From the IMG/VR virus record IMGVR_UViG_3300025018_000121, positions 27,094 to 91,093 of that record: a stretch of DNA of 64,000 nucleotides; one strand, written 5' to 3'. The notes beneath the pieces were generated by a model that was given only the letters and a program-made list of their open reading frames with translations, had not been told where the DNA came from and did no database searches. This document shows positions 39,733 to 48,975 of the stretch, piece by piece (position 1 is the first letter of the stretch; the number at the start of each line of letters is the position of its first letter). This stretch comes from a virus. The position numbers and the translations under genes were made by a program.

Positions 39733-41541
39733 ATGCCTACTCCAGTTTTAGATGCAATGGCTAAAAAATATAACGTACCTTTGAAAAAAGTTGAATACTA
39801 TTGGGACTCTGGGAAAAAGCAGGCAGAAGAACAAGGTCTTCAAGGAGACGCCGTTTACAAGTATGCAATGGCAATTGTGAAACGCAGACTCGGCGTTAAA
39901 GAAGAAAAAGCAAACGATATTGTTCACGAAAAAGTTAAAGAGGTGCTGAACGATTTTATTAAGATCAAAGACCGTATCCTAAGCGACAACTCTGCTAAAC
40001 AAGCAATCACCATTAATTTAGCAGAAGAAATCGCTCAGTGGATTTCTATACTATCTCCTAAAGCAATACTAGATGAACTAGATAATCTGAAGCCTAACTT
40101 ACAAAAAGACGACCTGAAAGTGTTTGCTTTTTTTCAAGAATGTGTCAGTACGAAGTTTTCAAAAAAATACAAAGATAATTCTTTCTATCTAGTCTTCAAG
40201 TATAACTATTTACCTGACGTAATAGAGTCTGAACTCCGTTCAAAAGAAGACGCTCCGGGTTTATTCGTTAGGTATTTGTTAATCAATAACAAGGCTGCCT
40301 TCTTAATAAAGGACACGAAAATTAAAATACCTGAATACATTTTCGATACATTTGCTACCTACGTACTCCAATTTACAGAGTCGGCTGTTGATCTTTTGAT
40401 TTCTAAAAGACTCCCGGCTACTGAAAATATAGTTAATCGTGTTCTTACTAATTACCTTTCTAATAGGTTTAACTATCCACCAGAGTCTATATATACTATT
40501 TTCGATTTTTACAAACGCTTTAATGTAAAACCCAATAAAGAATTTTTTAATACCCTGACTTCTCTTTTAAGTAAAGAGAGATCTCCTGTTGATATACCTG
40601 ACAGCTTTCAAATACATGTGTTGTCTTTAAACCCCAGTTTGGCTAGAAAGATTTCTAATCTATCAGACGCATCACGAAAGTTTGTTGAAACCAAAATTGA
40701 GTGGAAAGAAAAGAAATATCTACCGAAGCACCTAGATGCAGACCAGCTCGCGGTTATTCGTTATATGGACTTAATGAAGATAGACGAAGTTTCTGTAAAA
40801 GATTTAAAGTCTAAGTTTTCTTTTACTCCTACTATAAAAGACCTTATCAATCTTAAAAGCGGAAAAAATTTATCAAGACAAGACGTAATGGACTTCATTC
40901 CGGCTGGAGAAAAAATTACGTTAACGGAACTATTAAAAAATTCGGTAATGCAAAAGTCCGCAAGATGGACTGGAATGCAGCAAATATTCAATTCCTCTGG
41001 CAATAAACAAAATCTAGTCGTAGTTATGGCTTGCAATATAGACGATCTATTAAAAGTGCTGGATATAAATAGTAATTTCCAAAAAGAATCTGTATTAGAA
41101 GGTATAAATCGTTACATGACATTATCGAATCACCCCAGATCGCCCACTAGACTTCTAGTTTTAGGTTGGGTGCGTTATACAGTTTTTGGAAAAATAGTTT
41201 GGATTGATGAAGTTCAAAGCGACTTGTACAAAGTGCTTGGTGATCTATCTAAGGACTTAAAAGGGCTTACAGAATATATAGCAAAAGAATTCATTCGTAC
41301 AATGCGTAGTAAAGGATTTGGTAAATTCGACTACCCTACTATGCAAATAAAAACTTCTCTATACGGAGCTAATCCACCTGCATCTATGTATGAAGACTTA
41401 CCGCGAAAACTAAGATTTAAAAAGAAGGAAGGTAGCACTTTGCCAGACTCTATTACAGAGAAAGAAGACAGATTAACTAAATATCAAGTTTGGGAACTAG
41501 CGGGCATTAAAGTTTTGGAGAAAGACAATGGCGATGAATAA
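39733..41541 (+). CDS. Large multidomain hypothetical protein, probably virion-associated
   Basis: Small N-terminal helical module; C-terminal H...LGWVR...WIDEVQSD motif. Confidence 0.55.
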   Translation: MPTPVLDAMAKKYNVPLKKVEYYWDSGKKQAEEQGLQGDAVYKYAMAIVKRRLGVKEEKANDIVHEKVKEVLNDFIKIKDRILSDNSAKQAITINLAEEIAQWISILSPKAILDELDNLKPNLQKDDLKVFAFFQECVSTKFSKKYKDNSFYLVFKYNYLPDVIESELRSKEDAPGLFVRYLLINNKAAFLIKDTKIKIPEYIFDTFATYVLQFTESAVDLLISKRLPATENIVNRVLTNYLSNRFNYPPESIYTIFDFYKRFNVKPNKEFFNTLTSLLSKERSPVDIPDSFQIHVLSLNPSLARKISNLSDASRKFVETKIEWKEKKYLPKHLDADQLAVIRYMDLMKIDEVSVKDLKSKFSFTPTIKDLINLKSGKNLSRQDVMDFIPAGEKITLTELLKNSVMQKSARWTGMQQIFNSSGNKQNLVVVMACNIDDLLKVLDINSNFQKESVLEGINRYMTLSNHPRSPTRLLVLGWVRYTVFGKIVWIDEVQSDLYKVLGDLSKDLKGLTEYIAKEFIRTMRSKGFGKFDYPTMQIKTSLYGANPPASMYEDLPRKLRFKKKEGSTLPDSITEKEDRLTKYQVWELAGIKVLEKDNGDE

Positions 41542-42658
41542 AGTACGCTATCACGAATTTGAGTTTGAAGTAGGCCAACGGATCGCAGCACAAGTTGGTA
41601 ATAAGAATCTGTGGTTTTTTGGTTTTATCGAAAGCTTAACTTCCAATTCTGCAAAGATTCGTTTTGACTTGGGATATCCTGCGCACAAAGTAAAAACAGT
41701 CGAACTGAAAGCGGTTGTTCCCGTTATCAACTGGAAGCTAACTACCAAAGGCGTAGACTTTCCTGATTTAGAAATAACGAAGAAAGCTATGCCTTGGACT
41801 GTTAACAAAGATTTGATGGAAATAACTCCGCACTTTTTTGACGCCATGTGGAGTTATGCTAACAACGTAGGATTTGGTGGAAAGCTAAAGCCCTGCAAAC
41901 TTGTAATTGATAATAACCAAACTTTTGGAACGTGCGCTAATACTCGCCCAAAGACTACTATTACAATAAGCCGAAAAAATAAATCTGTACATAATTACTG
42001 GAATACAGTTGTTCATGAAATGGTACACCAACAAAATTTTGAAATAGACATTTTTAAAAGCAAAGCTATTCTGGATTCTATTCTCAGAGACGGGCACGGC
42101 CCTGAGTTTATGAAGTACGCGCCCCACATGCAGTCAAAATTAAATACGAAAATTGAAGCTCTTGCTGATATGAATGATATTCAATTTAATATGGAGTTAC
42201 GCGAAGAAGACCTATCTAAATCTAAAACAAGAGAGACTTACTTTTTCGTTGTACACTTTCCTATTGATGAAAACCAGTATCCTATTTACGTTGGTGCAGC
42301 CTTTAATAACAAGGATACTGCTGAGAGTTTTTATATTCTGGCTCAGAGAACTACATACAGACAGAAAATCATAAACCATATTTTCAAGAATCTTACCAAA
42401 AGAAACACAAGTTCTTTCTTCTATCAGATTTATGAAAAAATGTACGATAGTGATATGAGCGCGTATGACACTTCTTTGTACCTTTACAAGTCTAACACGG
42501 CAGCAATTAAAAAAGTAATGCAGACAATTAGTAAACCTGAAGACCCTAACGATGTATTAAGAAAAACAAGCGCAGTTTCATCAAAGAATATTGATTTGAT
42601 TCGCCCAGAACTCGTTGCTGAAATGAGTTACAACGCAATTCAAAAAACGTGGAGATAA
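41528..42658 (+). CDS. SprT-like zinc metalloprotease with N-terminal SH3-like domain
   Basis: TVVHEMVH...GHGPEF. Confidence 0.75.
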   Translation: MAMNKVRYHEFEFEVGQRIAAQVGNKNLWFFGFIESLTSNSAKIRFDLGYPAHKVKTVELKAVVPVINWKLTTKGVDFPDLEITKKAMPWTVNKDLMEITPHFFDAMWSYANNVGFGGKLKPCKLVIDNNQTFGTCANTRPKTTITISRKNKSVHNYWNTVVHEMVHQQNFEIDIFKSKAILDSILRDGHGPEFMKYAPHMQSKLNTKIEALADMNDIQFNMELREEDLSKSKTRETYFFVVHFPIDENQYPIYVGAAFNNKDTAESFYILAQRTTYRQKIINHIFKNLTKRNTSSFFYQIYEKMYDSDMSAYDTSLYLYKSNTAAIKKVMQTISKPEDPNDVLRKTSAVSSKNIDLIRPELVAEMSYNAIQKTWR

Positions 42659-42663
42659 CGGGG

Positions 42664-43296
42664 ATGGGAAGAATACAAAAAACCGCTGTAGTTTTTGTTC
42701 ACGGTCTTATGACGGAAAAGAACAAGAGTATTTTGCAGGACTTAGAACATTTCTTTCCAAAAACCGAATTTAATTGTTTTTATTTTAACTACGGGTTTTT
42801 ATTTATTCTTGGAGCCATTAGGGACAATCAAAAAATTGCCAACAAGCTCTCTGAACAGGTTAACTCATTGTACCAAGAGTATGAAAGAGTCGTGTTAGTA
42901 GGACACTCAAACGGATGTGCTTTAATAAACATAGCCTCTAGGGATTTTCATTGGGTAGACCTTGCTGTGTTTCTTCACGGAGCGTCGCCAAGAGAAACTT
43001 TTCCTAAGAACGTGAAAACTCTACATGTATATTATTCACCAAAAGATTGGATAATACGTATTATACATAGAAATGTTTTATATCCGTTTAAGTGGCTACG
43101 CAAAAAGACAGGCTGGGGCGACATTGGCCTAAAAGGTTACAAAGGCATACTAAGAGAAAGCGCCGAGAACTTTAAAGTAGATACTTCAGGCTTAACTGGA
43201 TTTCAATCACACTATGCAGTTTTTAGAAAATTAAATGTCTACGGGCCTTTAATAGTTTCTAAAATAAATGAACAAATAGGAAGGGTATTAAAATGA
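42664..43296 (+). CDS. Alpha/beta hydrolase
   Basis: VFVHGL, LVGHSNG nucleophile elbow, Asp, SH. Confidence 0.8.
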   Translation: MGRIQKTAVVFVHGLMTEKNKSILQDLEHFFPKTEFNCFYFNYGFLFILGAIRDNQKIANKLSEQVNSLYQEYERVVLVGHSNGCALINIASRDFHWVDLAVFLHGASPRETFPKNVKTLHVYYSPKDWIIRIIHRNVLYPFKWLRKKTGWGDIGLKGYKGILRESAENFKVDTSGLTGFQSHYAVFRKLNVYGPLIVSKINEQIGRVLK

Positions 43297-45236
43297 TTTC
43301 AAGGTCAGTAACAGGACTCTCCGGTTTAGTAAGTTTGTTAGAAGCAGACAACAATATTAATAAAATGTTTGAAAATAATATTTCTGGAAGCAAAGGGTTA
43401 ATTAACTTATTTAACACCGCAGAGTCTTGGTCGCCATTAGACTTAGGTATAAAACTCCTGTCATGGGCAAGCAACACAAACTCATTTCAAGAATCTACAG
43501 GGGTAACTCCGATTACTAGTGCTGGACAGTCTGTGGGTCTTGTGCTAGACAAGTCACTAGAACTTGCAGAAACCTCCCTTGGCATAGGTACAGACTATAC
43601 GAATATTGGATTTGAAAACTTTAGTACCTCTGGTAGTTCTTTTATTGCTGAAAAAACGATTGCTGGCGGTAATGACTACGCTATATCTTCGTCAGCATTT
43701 TCTGTGGTTAGTGGAAAGCCCTATAAAGTTAAGCTTGACGTGGCGCAGTGCTCTAATAATTTTAATATTTTGTTTTCGGTTAGTACCAATAGCAGGTCTA
43801 CTCCTTTTACAATTAGTGCCCCCGGACTGTACGAATTTTATTTATACCCAAATGCCACTGGTATTTTTTCAATTACATTGCAGAACGCTCAGTTGCAATT
43901 AATAGAAACTGTTTCGATAGAAGTTATCGAGGTTGCCGGAAACCATTGGTCACAGAAAACTTCGCCAGCAAGACCTATCTATTCTGTTATTCCAGTTACA
44001 GGCAGAAAAAATTTAGCTGACTATACTGACGATTTATCGGGATGGGGAGTTAGAAGCGTTACACGCACACTTGGGCAACCCGATCCTTTTGGTGGCAGTA
44101 CTGCAAGTCAAGTACTATGTAATATAAATAGTGATATTCATATAGTAACGCGCCCTCTATCCGGGTTTATTCCGGGCGAAACCTATACTGTAAGTTATAA
44201 TTTTAAAGGTGTAGGAATTGGAAAAATTTCTGTTGGTTCTACAAGCGCAGGTTTAGGTTTAAATGGTACTATTCGACTAGATTTAATCGCTGGAACAATA
44301 AATTCCGTGTATTCAGGTTTCTCGAACGCTACGCTAATTCCAATTGGCGACGGGTGGTATAATTTTAAATACAATTTTATTGCTGTTCAGAGTACTTTGA
44401 CTGCCATAGTATACATAACAGACGACACTTTCCAGACAGTGTACGCAGGCGATGGAGTTTCAGGCTTTCTAATTAATCGTGTCCAGTTTGAGAAAAGCGA
44501 GGTGCCTACTTCTTATCAACGTGTTGGTGAATACTATGATATTACAGAGGAAGGTGTTGAAAGTATTTATTACTACCACTACGACTCAATAGACGACGCT
44601 ATTTCTGTAGTTCTCCCTGAAATTATTGACGGGCAAATTGTTATTAATTCTATTGTTGGAACTTGGATTGCACCCTTAACATTTGCTGGTGGTACATTTA
44701 CGTTTGGGCCAGATACTTATACAGGGGGGCCTACTGGATTAATTGAAATTCTTGGTAATGCAGAAACTGATATTTTTATTTTGAAAGAAGTGATGACTAG
44801 CGAAGAGCAGTCAAAACTTATTAATTATCTAATAGAGCAAGGTTCGCCGGGTCTTATAACACTTGGCGACAATCTGTTCGTCAATGGGACTTTTGACACT
44901 GACCTTAGTGGTATTACTTCAAGTTCGGGGGCGTACTGGGAGGATGGGAAACTACGTTGTTCTGACGGCAACTTCTTTATTTCTGCGGTAGCTGAAGGCG
45001 CTAAAAAATTACTCGTTTCTTGGGAGCAGTCTATTAATAGTGGTACTCGTTCCCGTGTAAGACTAAGGAACCAAACAAACTCCGCTGACGTAGGGCCTTT
45101 TAGTTATTACACAGGCACGGCTCTAATCACTCTCCTTATTGATACGCCTGCCGGTCTTAGTCTGACCTTCACATGCGAAACTGGAAATGACATATCTTTC
45201 GACAATATAAAAGTTAGAGAGGTAATTTTTCCATGA
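43293..45236 (+). CDS. Beta-rich fibre/decoration protein with carbohydrate-binding-like modules
   Basis: Gly/Ser/Thr-rich and Lys-poor; GQSVGLVLDKS..GNH..Q....RP.Y; NLFVNGTFD. Confidence 0.55.
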   Translation: MISRSVTGLSGLVSLLEADNNINKMFENNISGSKGLINLFNTAESWSPLDLGIKLLSWASNTNSFQESTGVTPITSAGQSVGLVLDKSLELAETSLGIGTDYTNIGFENFSTSGSSFIAEKTIAGGNDYAISSSAFSVVSGKPYKVKLDVAQCSNNFNILFSVSTNSRSTPFTISAPGLYEFYLYPNATGIFSITLQNAQLQLIETVSIEVIEVAGNHWSQKTSPARPIYSVIPVTGRKNLADYTDDLSGWGVRSVTRTLGQPDPFGGSTASQVLCNINSDIHIVTRPLSGFIPGETYTVSYNFKGVGIGKISVGSTSAGLGLNGTIRLDLIAGTINSVYSGFSNATLIPIGDGWYNFKYNFIAVQSTLTAIVYITDDTFQTVYAGDGVSGFLINRVQFEKSEVPTSYQRVGEYYDITEEGVESIYYYHYDSIDDAISVVLPEIIDGQIVINSIVGTWIAPLTFAGGTFTFGPDTYTGGPTGLIEILGNAETDIFILKEVMTSEEQSKLINYLIEQGSPGLITLGDNLFVNGTFDTDLSGITSSSGAYWEDGKLRCSDGNFFISAVAEGAKKLLVSWEQSINSGTRSRVRLRNQTNSADVGPFSYYTGTALITLLIDTPAGLSLTFTCETGNDISFDNIKVREVIFP

Positions 45237-45553
45237 AGGATTCTTTCCGTACCTTAATAGTCCCAGCAGAAATTTCTGAAAAATGTAGAACTTTAGCGGC
45301 GCGTTGGCCGGGTGGAATTGGAATGTTTACCGTTCCACTCTATACTGGAAAAAACATTACGCACTACATTAGTACAGGCTACATTAAAACTGAAGTTGCT
45401 GAAATTCTTGATAATCCAGAAGCATTCGCGGAGGCCACTGGAATACCACAAGAAGAAGCAGAATTATTGCGTTCACAGATTCACATTAGTACACGCCAAT
45501 ATGTTCACACAGAGTTGTCTGAATTAGGTTTGTCACTGAAGCCAACAGAATGA
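45233..45553 (+). CDS. Hypothetical protein, partner of the preceding fibre gene
   Basis: ATGA overlap, GAGG RBS. Confidence 0.6.
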   Translation: MKDSFRTLIVPAEISEKCRTLAARWPGGIGMFTVPLYTGKNITHYISTGYIKTEVAEILDNPEAFAEATGIPQEEAELLRSQIHISTRQYVHTELSELGLSLKPTE

Positions 45554-45599
45554 CTTTTTTAAAGTCACTTAAAAATTAACGTAAAGATGGAGAAATGAA

Positions 45600-46016
45600 A
45601 TGCCTATCAATATCGCAGCAAGTAAAACAAATTTTATTAAGAAAGACGAAACTGCTGGTAAAATATATTTTGCAGTAGGCGGAACGTCCCAATCAATCAT
45701 TTTATTGTTTGATTCACCTAATGCGCCGGGAGCTGCTGTAACAGTAGCCTTTACTGCAATCATAAAAGGAATGGGAAGGCGGGAATATCAAATTTTGAGT
45801 GCAACGAATCCAGTAGCTACTTATTCTTTGGGTTATGATGCAGCAGGCGCTTTCATATTACCTGTACCTTTGCCTCTACAAGTTGAAGAAGTAGTAGCAA
45901 CACTAACAGGATTTAATAACGCAGTTGATATTTTAAATGTAGACTTTGTTGCAGAGAGAAGTTTAATGGCACCTACAGGCCGTTGGGCAAATAATGCTTC
46001 TGGCCCCGGTAAATAA
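45600..46016 (+). CDS. Hypothetical beta-rich virion protein
   Basis: GGAG RBS; last + strand gene before the terminator. Confidence 0.6.
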   Translation: MPINIAASKTNFIKKDETAGKIYFAVGGTSQSIILLFDSPNAPGAAVTVAFTAIIKGMGRREYQILSATNPVATYSLGYDAAGAFILPVPLPLQVEEVVATLTGFNNAVDILNVDFVAERSLMAPTGRWANNASGPGK

Positions 46017-46081
46017 ATAATAGAAGAATTTAAATACGAACAACTAAAATTGAATAATATTTTAGCTAGAGAGAGTTAATT

Positions 46082-46109
46082 AAAAGCCGCATTTATTTGC
46101 GGCTTTTTT
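46082..46109 (+). terminator. Rho-independent terminator, possibly bidirectional
   Basis: AAAAGCCGCA-TTTATT-TGCGGCTTTTTT. Confidence 0.85.
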
Positions 46110-46119
46110 ATTGTCTGAA

Positions 46120-46400
46120 ACTCAGGGCGTCCGAGCCTCTGCCCTGCCCTGCCGAGGCCAGAATTGGTCAAAAAATGACCAATTCTGGAAGGCCCTGTAA
46201 GCCTCTGGGAGGTGGTTTAGGGTATGGGGAGCTAGTAGGGTACAGGGTAGGCACCAATCAGGCCCATTCTGGGCCGTCTGGTGTCTTGGCGGGGTGTCTG
46301 GGGAAGGGGTTTCTAGGGTGCTGGTTATCTTGAGGGACGGGGGCTGACTGGCCGGGTAGCGCGTTAGCCTGACTGCGGGGGGCTGCGAGGGACTAGATAC
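46120..46400. other. GC-rich, G-skewed non-coding island with perfect inverted repeat and G-quadruplex motif
   Basis: Composition sharply unlike the flanks; many GGG tracts on +; overlapping ORFs look spurious. Confidence 0.7.
46158..46188. repeat. Perfect 13-bp inverted repeat
   Basis: CCAGAATTGGTCA-AAAAA-TGACCAATTCTGG. Confidence 0.95.
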
Positions 46401-46433
46401 CAACAGCAATTTTAAATGTGAATTTCAGGCAAT

Positions 46434-46466
46434 AAAAAAGGGAGACAAATAAATTGTCTCCCTTTT
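46434..46466 (-). terminator. Rho-independent terminator, possibly bidirectional
   Basis: AAAAAAGGGAGACAA-ATAAA-TTGTCTCCCTTTT. Confidence 0.85.
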
Positions 46467-46473
46467 GTTTTAT

Positions 46474-46851
46474 TTACTCAGTAGTATCGTCGTTTGAAAC
46501 ACTGGAATTATTTGCACGGCGGCTTGGAGGTACACCACAAATCTGTTCCCAGTTCTTAGAATTAAAATCTACTACGTACCAGTCTCGTGACATCATATCT
46601 TCAATTGTCGGAGTCCAGATAGAAATTTTATCTCCACGATTTTTTCTGCACGGGTGATTTAACATTGTTAGTTCTTTAACTTTAAAGAATCCAGACTCTT
46701 CCATTACTTGAGGCAGCGAAGTTGTATATGCTTTTTCTAACATAACAAAAGATACACTGTTAACGTCACCGTCGTTAATATCTTTATTCCAACGGTGACG
46801 TGCAACCATCGCACCATTTTCAAAGTTCGCCATAGCTTGAGAAAAACGCAT
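46474..46851 (-). CDS. DUF2829/Tad2-like protein (cyclic-signal sponge family)
   Basis: MRFSQAM...G..VAR..WN and WTPT.EDM...DW.VV match the family pattern. Confidence 0.65.
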   Translation of the reverse strand: MRFSQAMANFENGAMVARHRWNKDINDGDVNSVSFVMLEKAYTTSLPQVMEESGFFKVKELTMLNHPCRKNRGDKISIWTPTIEDMMSRDWYVVDFNSKNWEQICGVPPSRRANNSSVSNDDTTE

Positions 46852-46970
46852 TTTTTATCTCTCCAAAATTTGATTGAGTTATTTGTTTACGGTTTGTAGA
46901 AAAGGGAACTGCTTTATTTGTGTTGTATTAACCCCTCCATACTAATGTCGTTTCTCGCTACCACTATGGG

Positions 46971-47249
46971 TTATTGAGTTGCTAACTGAATCGAAGTTGT
47001 TGCTTGAATGTAGTTCGACTCGATTTCTTTTTTAACTTTTACGGGCAGCGTTAAAATGCTAGTAGACGGAAACTCAATTACGTCTTCGTCTGAAAAGAAC
47101 AAAGCACTAACTGGAACAATTTGGACAGAGCCTCGTTCAGAAGGAACCAACATTCTAGGTTTTTTAACAACTAAGTTGCTATCAACCTTAGTAAAAACGT
47201 CGCCCACCACAACACTACCGTTAATTAATTCAAATACACAAATATTCAT
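46971..47249 (-). CDS. Small Sm-like-fold hypothetical protein
   Basis: FELINGSVVVG...VVKKP pattern. Confidence 0.5.
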   Translation of the reverse strand: MNICVFELINGSVVVGDVFTKVDSNLVVKKPRMLVPSERGSVQIVPVSALFFSDEDVIEFPSTSILTLPVKVKKEIESNYIQATTSIQLATQ

Positions 47250-47254
47250 TTAGC

Positions 47255-47710
47255 TCACCAAGAGACTTTAATTGAGTAGTACACACTATTGTTTGTATCA
47301 ACAAGGTCTTCTAGTTTAACCAAACCTTCCGGCGAAACACTCTCTTGAAATACTTCTACAACAAACCCCATTTCAGAGAAGCGTTTACTTAAAGCCTTTA
47401 TAACAACAACGTTTTCATGGTTTATATAAACAGACTTACCAAAGTCTTTCGCAGACTGCTCAATTTCTTTACACACACGTTTAAACGCTTTGTCTACGTC
47501 ATTAGACAGCTTGCGAATTTTATCTAGGTATTTGAATGGATTTTCTTTCTTTGCCTTCTTGGCAATTTTCTTTGCAGTTTTCTTTTGCGCTTTCTTTGCA
47601 GCCGTTTGTACTTTGCCAGATTTCACTGTCGTTGAGCCTTCTGTGGTCACAACAACACTGTCCTTTTTAACTTCAACTTTTGCTTTCTTTGCTTTTTGGT
47701 TCTTAGCCAT
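47255..47710 (-). CDS. Lys/Ala-rich hypothetical protein
   Basis: AGGAG RBS, histone-like N-terminus. Confidence 0.6.
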   Translation of the reverse strand: MAKNQKAKKAKVEVKKDSVVVTTEGSTTVKSGKVQTAAKKAQKKTAKKIAKKAKKENPFKYLDKIRKLSNDVDKAFKRVCKEIEQSAKDFGKSVYINHENVVVIKALSKRFSEMGFVVEVFQESVSPEGLVKLEDLVDTNNSVYYSIKVSW

Positions 47711-47721
47711 GATGTTTCTCC

Positions 47722-48024
47722 TTAGATTCCAATAGTGAGTGTTTTGAGTTTGATATTAAAAGTTCTGTCTTGTTGTTCGTAAGACTTAATAGCTTTTTTG
47801 TTGATTACGTAAATACGAAATTCCCAACGGTTCGGTTTGTAATTTTGGGTATTTTCTCTATCAATAATCCGACGACGCTTCTCGGCGTGATAAAGAACAA
47901 CAAGTTCGCTGTCTTTTACTTCATCGTTTATTTCTTTTTTGATACTTTCAACTACTTGCATACCTTCGTTTTTCGTAGCTACAGTAGTTTCAAGATAAGG
48001 CCGAACAATTACAGTAGTGTACAT
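47722..48024 (-). CDS. Hypothetical protein
   Basis: AAGGA RBS; TGTAAAGTA motif upstream. Confidence 0.6.
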   Translation of the reverse strand: MYTTVIVRPYLETTVATKNEGMQVVESIKKEINDEVKDSELVVLYHAEKRRRIIDRENTQNYKPNRWEFRIYVINKKAIKSYEQQDRTFNIKLKTLTIGI

Positions 48025-48069
48025 TTTAGTTTTCCTTTAGTGTGTTGTTGCTCTCTACTTTACAGATTG

Positions 48070-48960
48070 TTACTGAGCCATTTCTACTTTAACGTCTAGC
48101 TCTGGATTCTTTGCTTTAGGAAGGTCAATGACTTCAATATCTGAATACTCAAGTGCTAGAATATCGTCCAAGCTACTAAGCTCTTTGTTAATATTAATTT
48201 TCGGTTCAGGCAAACTCAGACCTTTCCACAAATTATTAAACTGTGTAGTTGTTTTTTCTACAAGTTCAAATTGGTTAGAGTAAACATGTACGTCAGTTCC
48301 TACATACATTATTTCACCCGGAGTCATTTTCAACGCTTTACTAAAAAAAGATAACCACATTGCAGCGAACGCCATGTTGTAAGGCAAACCAAAAACAACG
48401 TCAGAAGATCGTAGAGTAAATCTCAAATTCAAAATGTTTCCGACAGGAACAAACTGATAATCATAATGACAGGGAGGCAACGCCATTTCTGGAAGTTCAG
48501 GAACATTCCAGAAATTGATAATGTGACGACGATCATTAGGGTTATTTTTCAATCCATCAAAAAGTTTTTGTAGTTGATCTACACCGCCAAAACTACGCAT
48601 TTGATATCCGTAACCTTTTCCAATGAATCCAGTAGGTACATCGTGCAAACCGTTCTTATCAAGAAACTCTCGGGTAGTGTTGCCATCCCAAATTCTAATT
48701 CCTTTATCTTGTAGAATTTTGGCGTCTGTTTGCCCACGCAACATCCACATTAATTCTTCAAAAGCAATTCGTGGATTAAAGGCTCGACAGAACATGAAAG
48801 GCATTCTGTTTTCTTTTCCTACTTCGTACTTGTAGGTTACTCCAAATACTTTTTTATTGCTTCCTACTGACGTTCTATCGAGAGCACTATGTCCATTTTT
48901 AATAATGTTAGCCGCCAGACCAAGATAAAACATATCAAAATTATCTACTAGACTACTCAT
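48070..48960 (-). CDS. thyA: Thymidylate synthase
   Basis: EELMWMLRG, YGYQMR, MALPPCH, RSSD..FGLPYN, HVYSNQ. Confidence 0.95.
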   Translation of the reverse strand: MSSLVDNFDMFYLGLAANIIKNGHSALDRTSVGSNKKVFGVTYKYEVGKENRMPFMFCRAFNPRIAFEELMWMLRGQTDAKILQDKGIRIWDGNTTREFLDKNGLHDVPTGFIGKGYGYQMRSFGGVDQLQKLFDGLKNNPNDRRHIINFWNVPELPEMALPPCHYDYQFVPVGNILNLRFTLRSSDVVFGLPYNMAFAAMWLSFFSKALKMTPGEIMYVGTDVHVYSNQFELVEKTTTQFNNLWKGLSLPEPKININKELSSLDDILALEYSDIEVIDLPKAKNPELDVKVEMAQ

Positions 48961-48975
48961 TTTTATCTCCTCAAT

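Noticed and set aside
1288-45763. Numerous antisense and nested short ORFs in the track
   Set aside because: They lie within well-supported genes on another frame or strand and lack RBS or motifs; the HNH at 20001..20837 is the exception
46097-46409. ORFs of 78 aa (+) and 95 aa (-) in the GC island
   Set aside because: Gly- or Pro-rich by-products of base composition, no RBS, cut off from both operons by terminators
46860-46970. Possible riboswitch-like alternative hairpins upstream of the Tad2-like gene
   Set aside because: Pairings are short and imperfect; no recognisable aptamer
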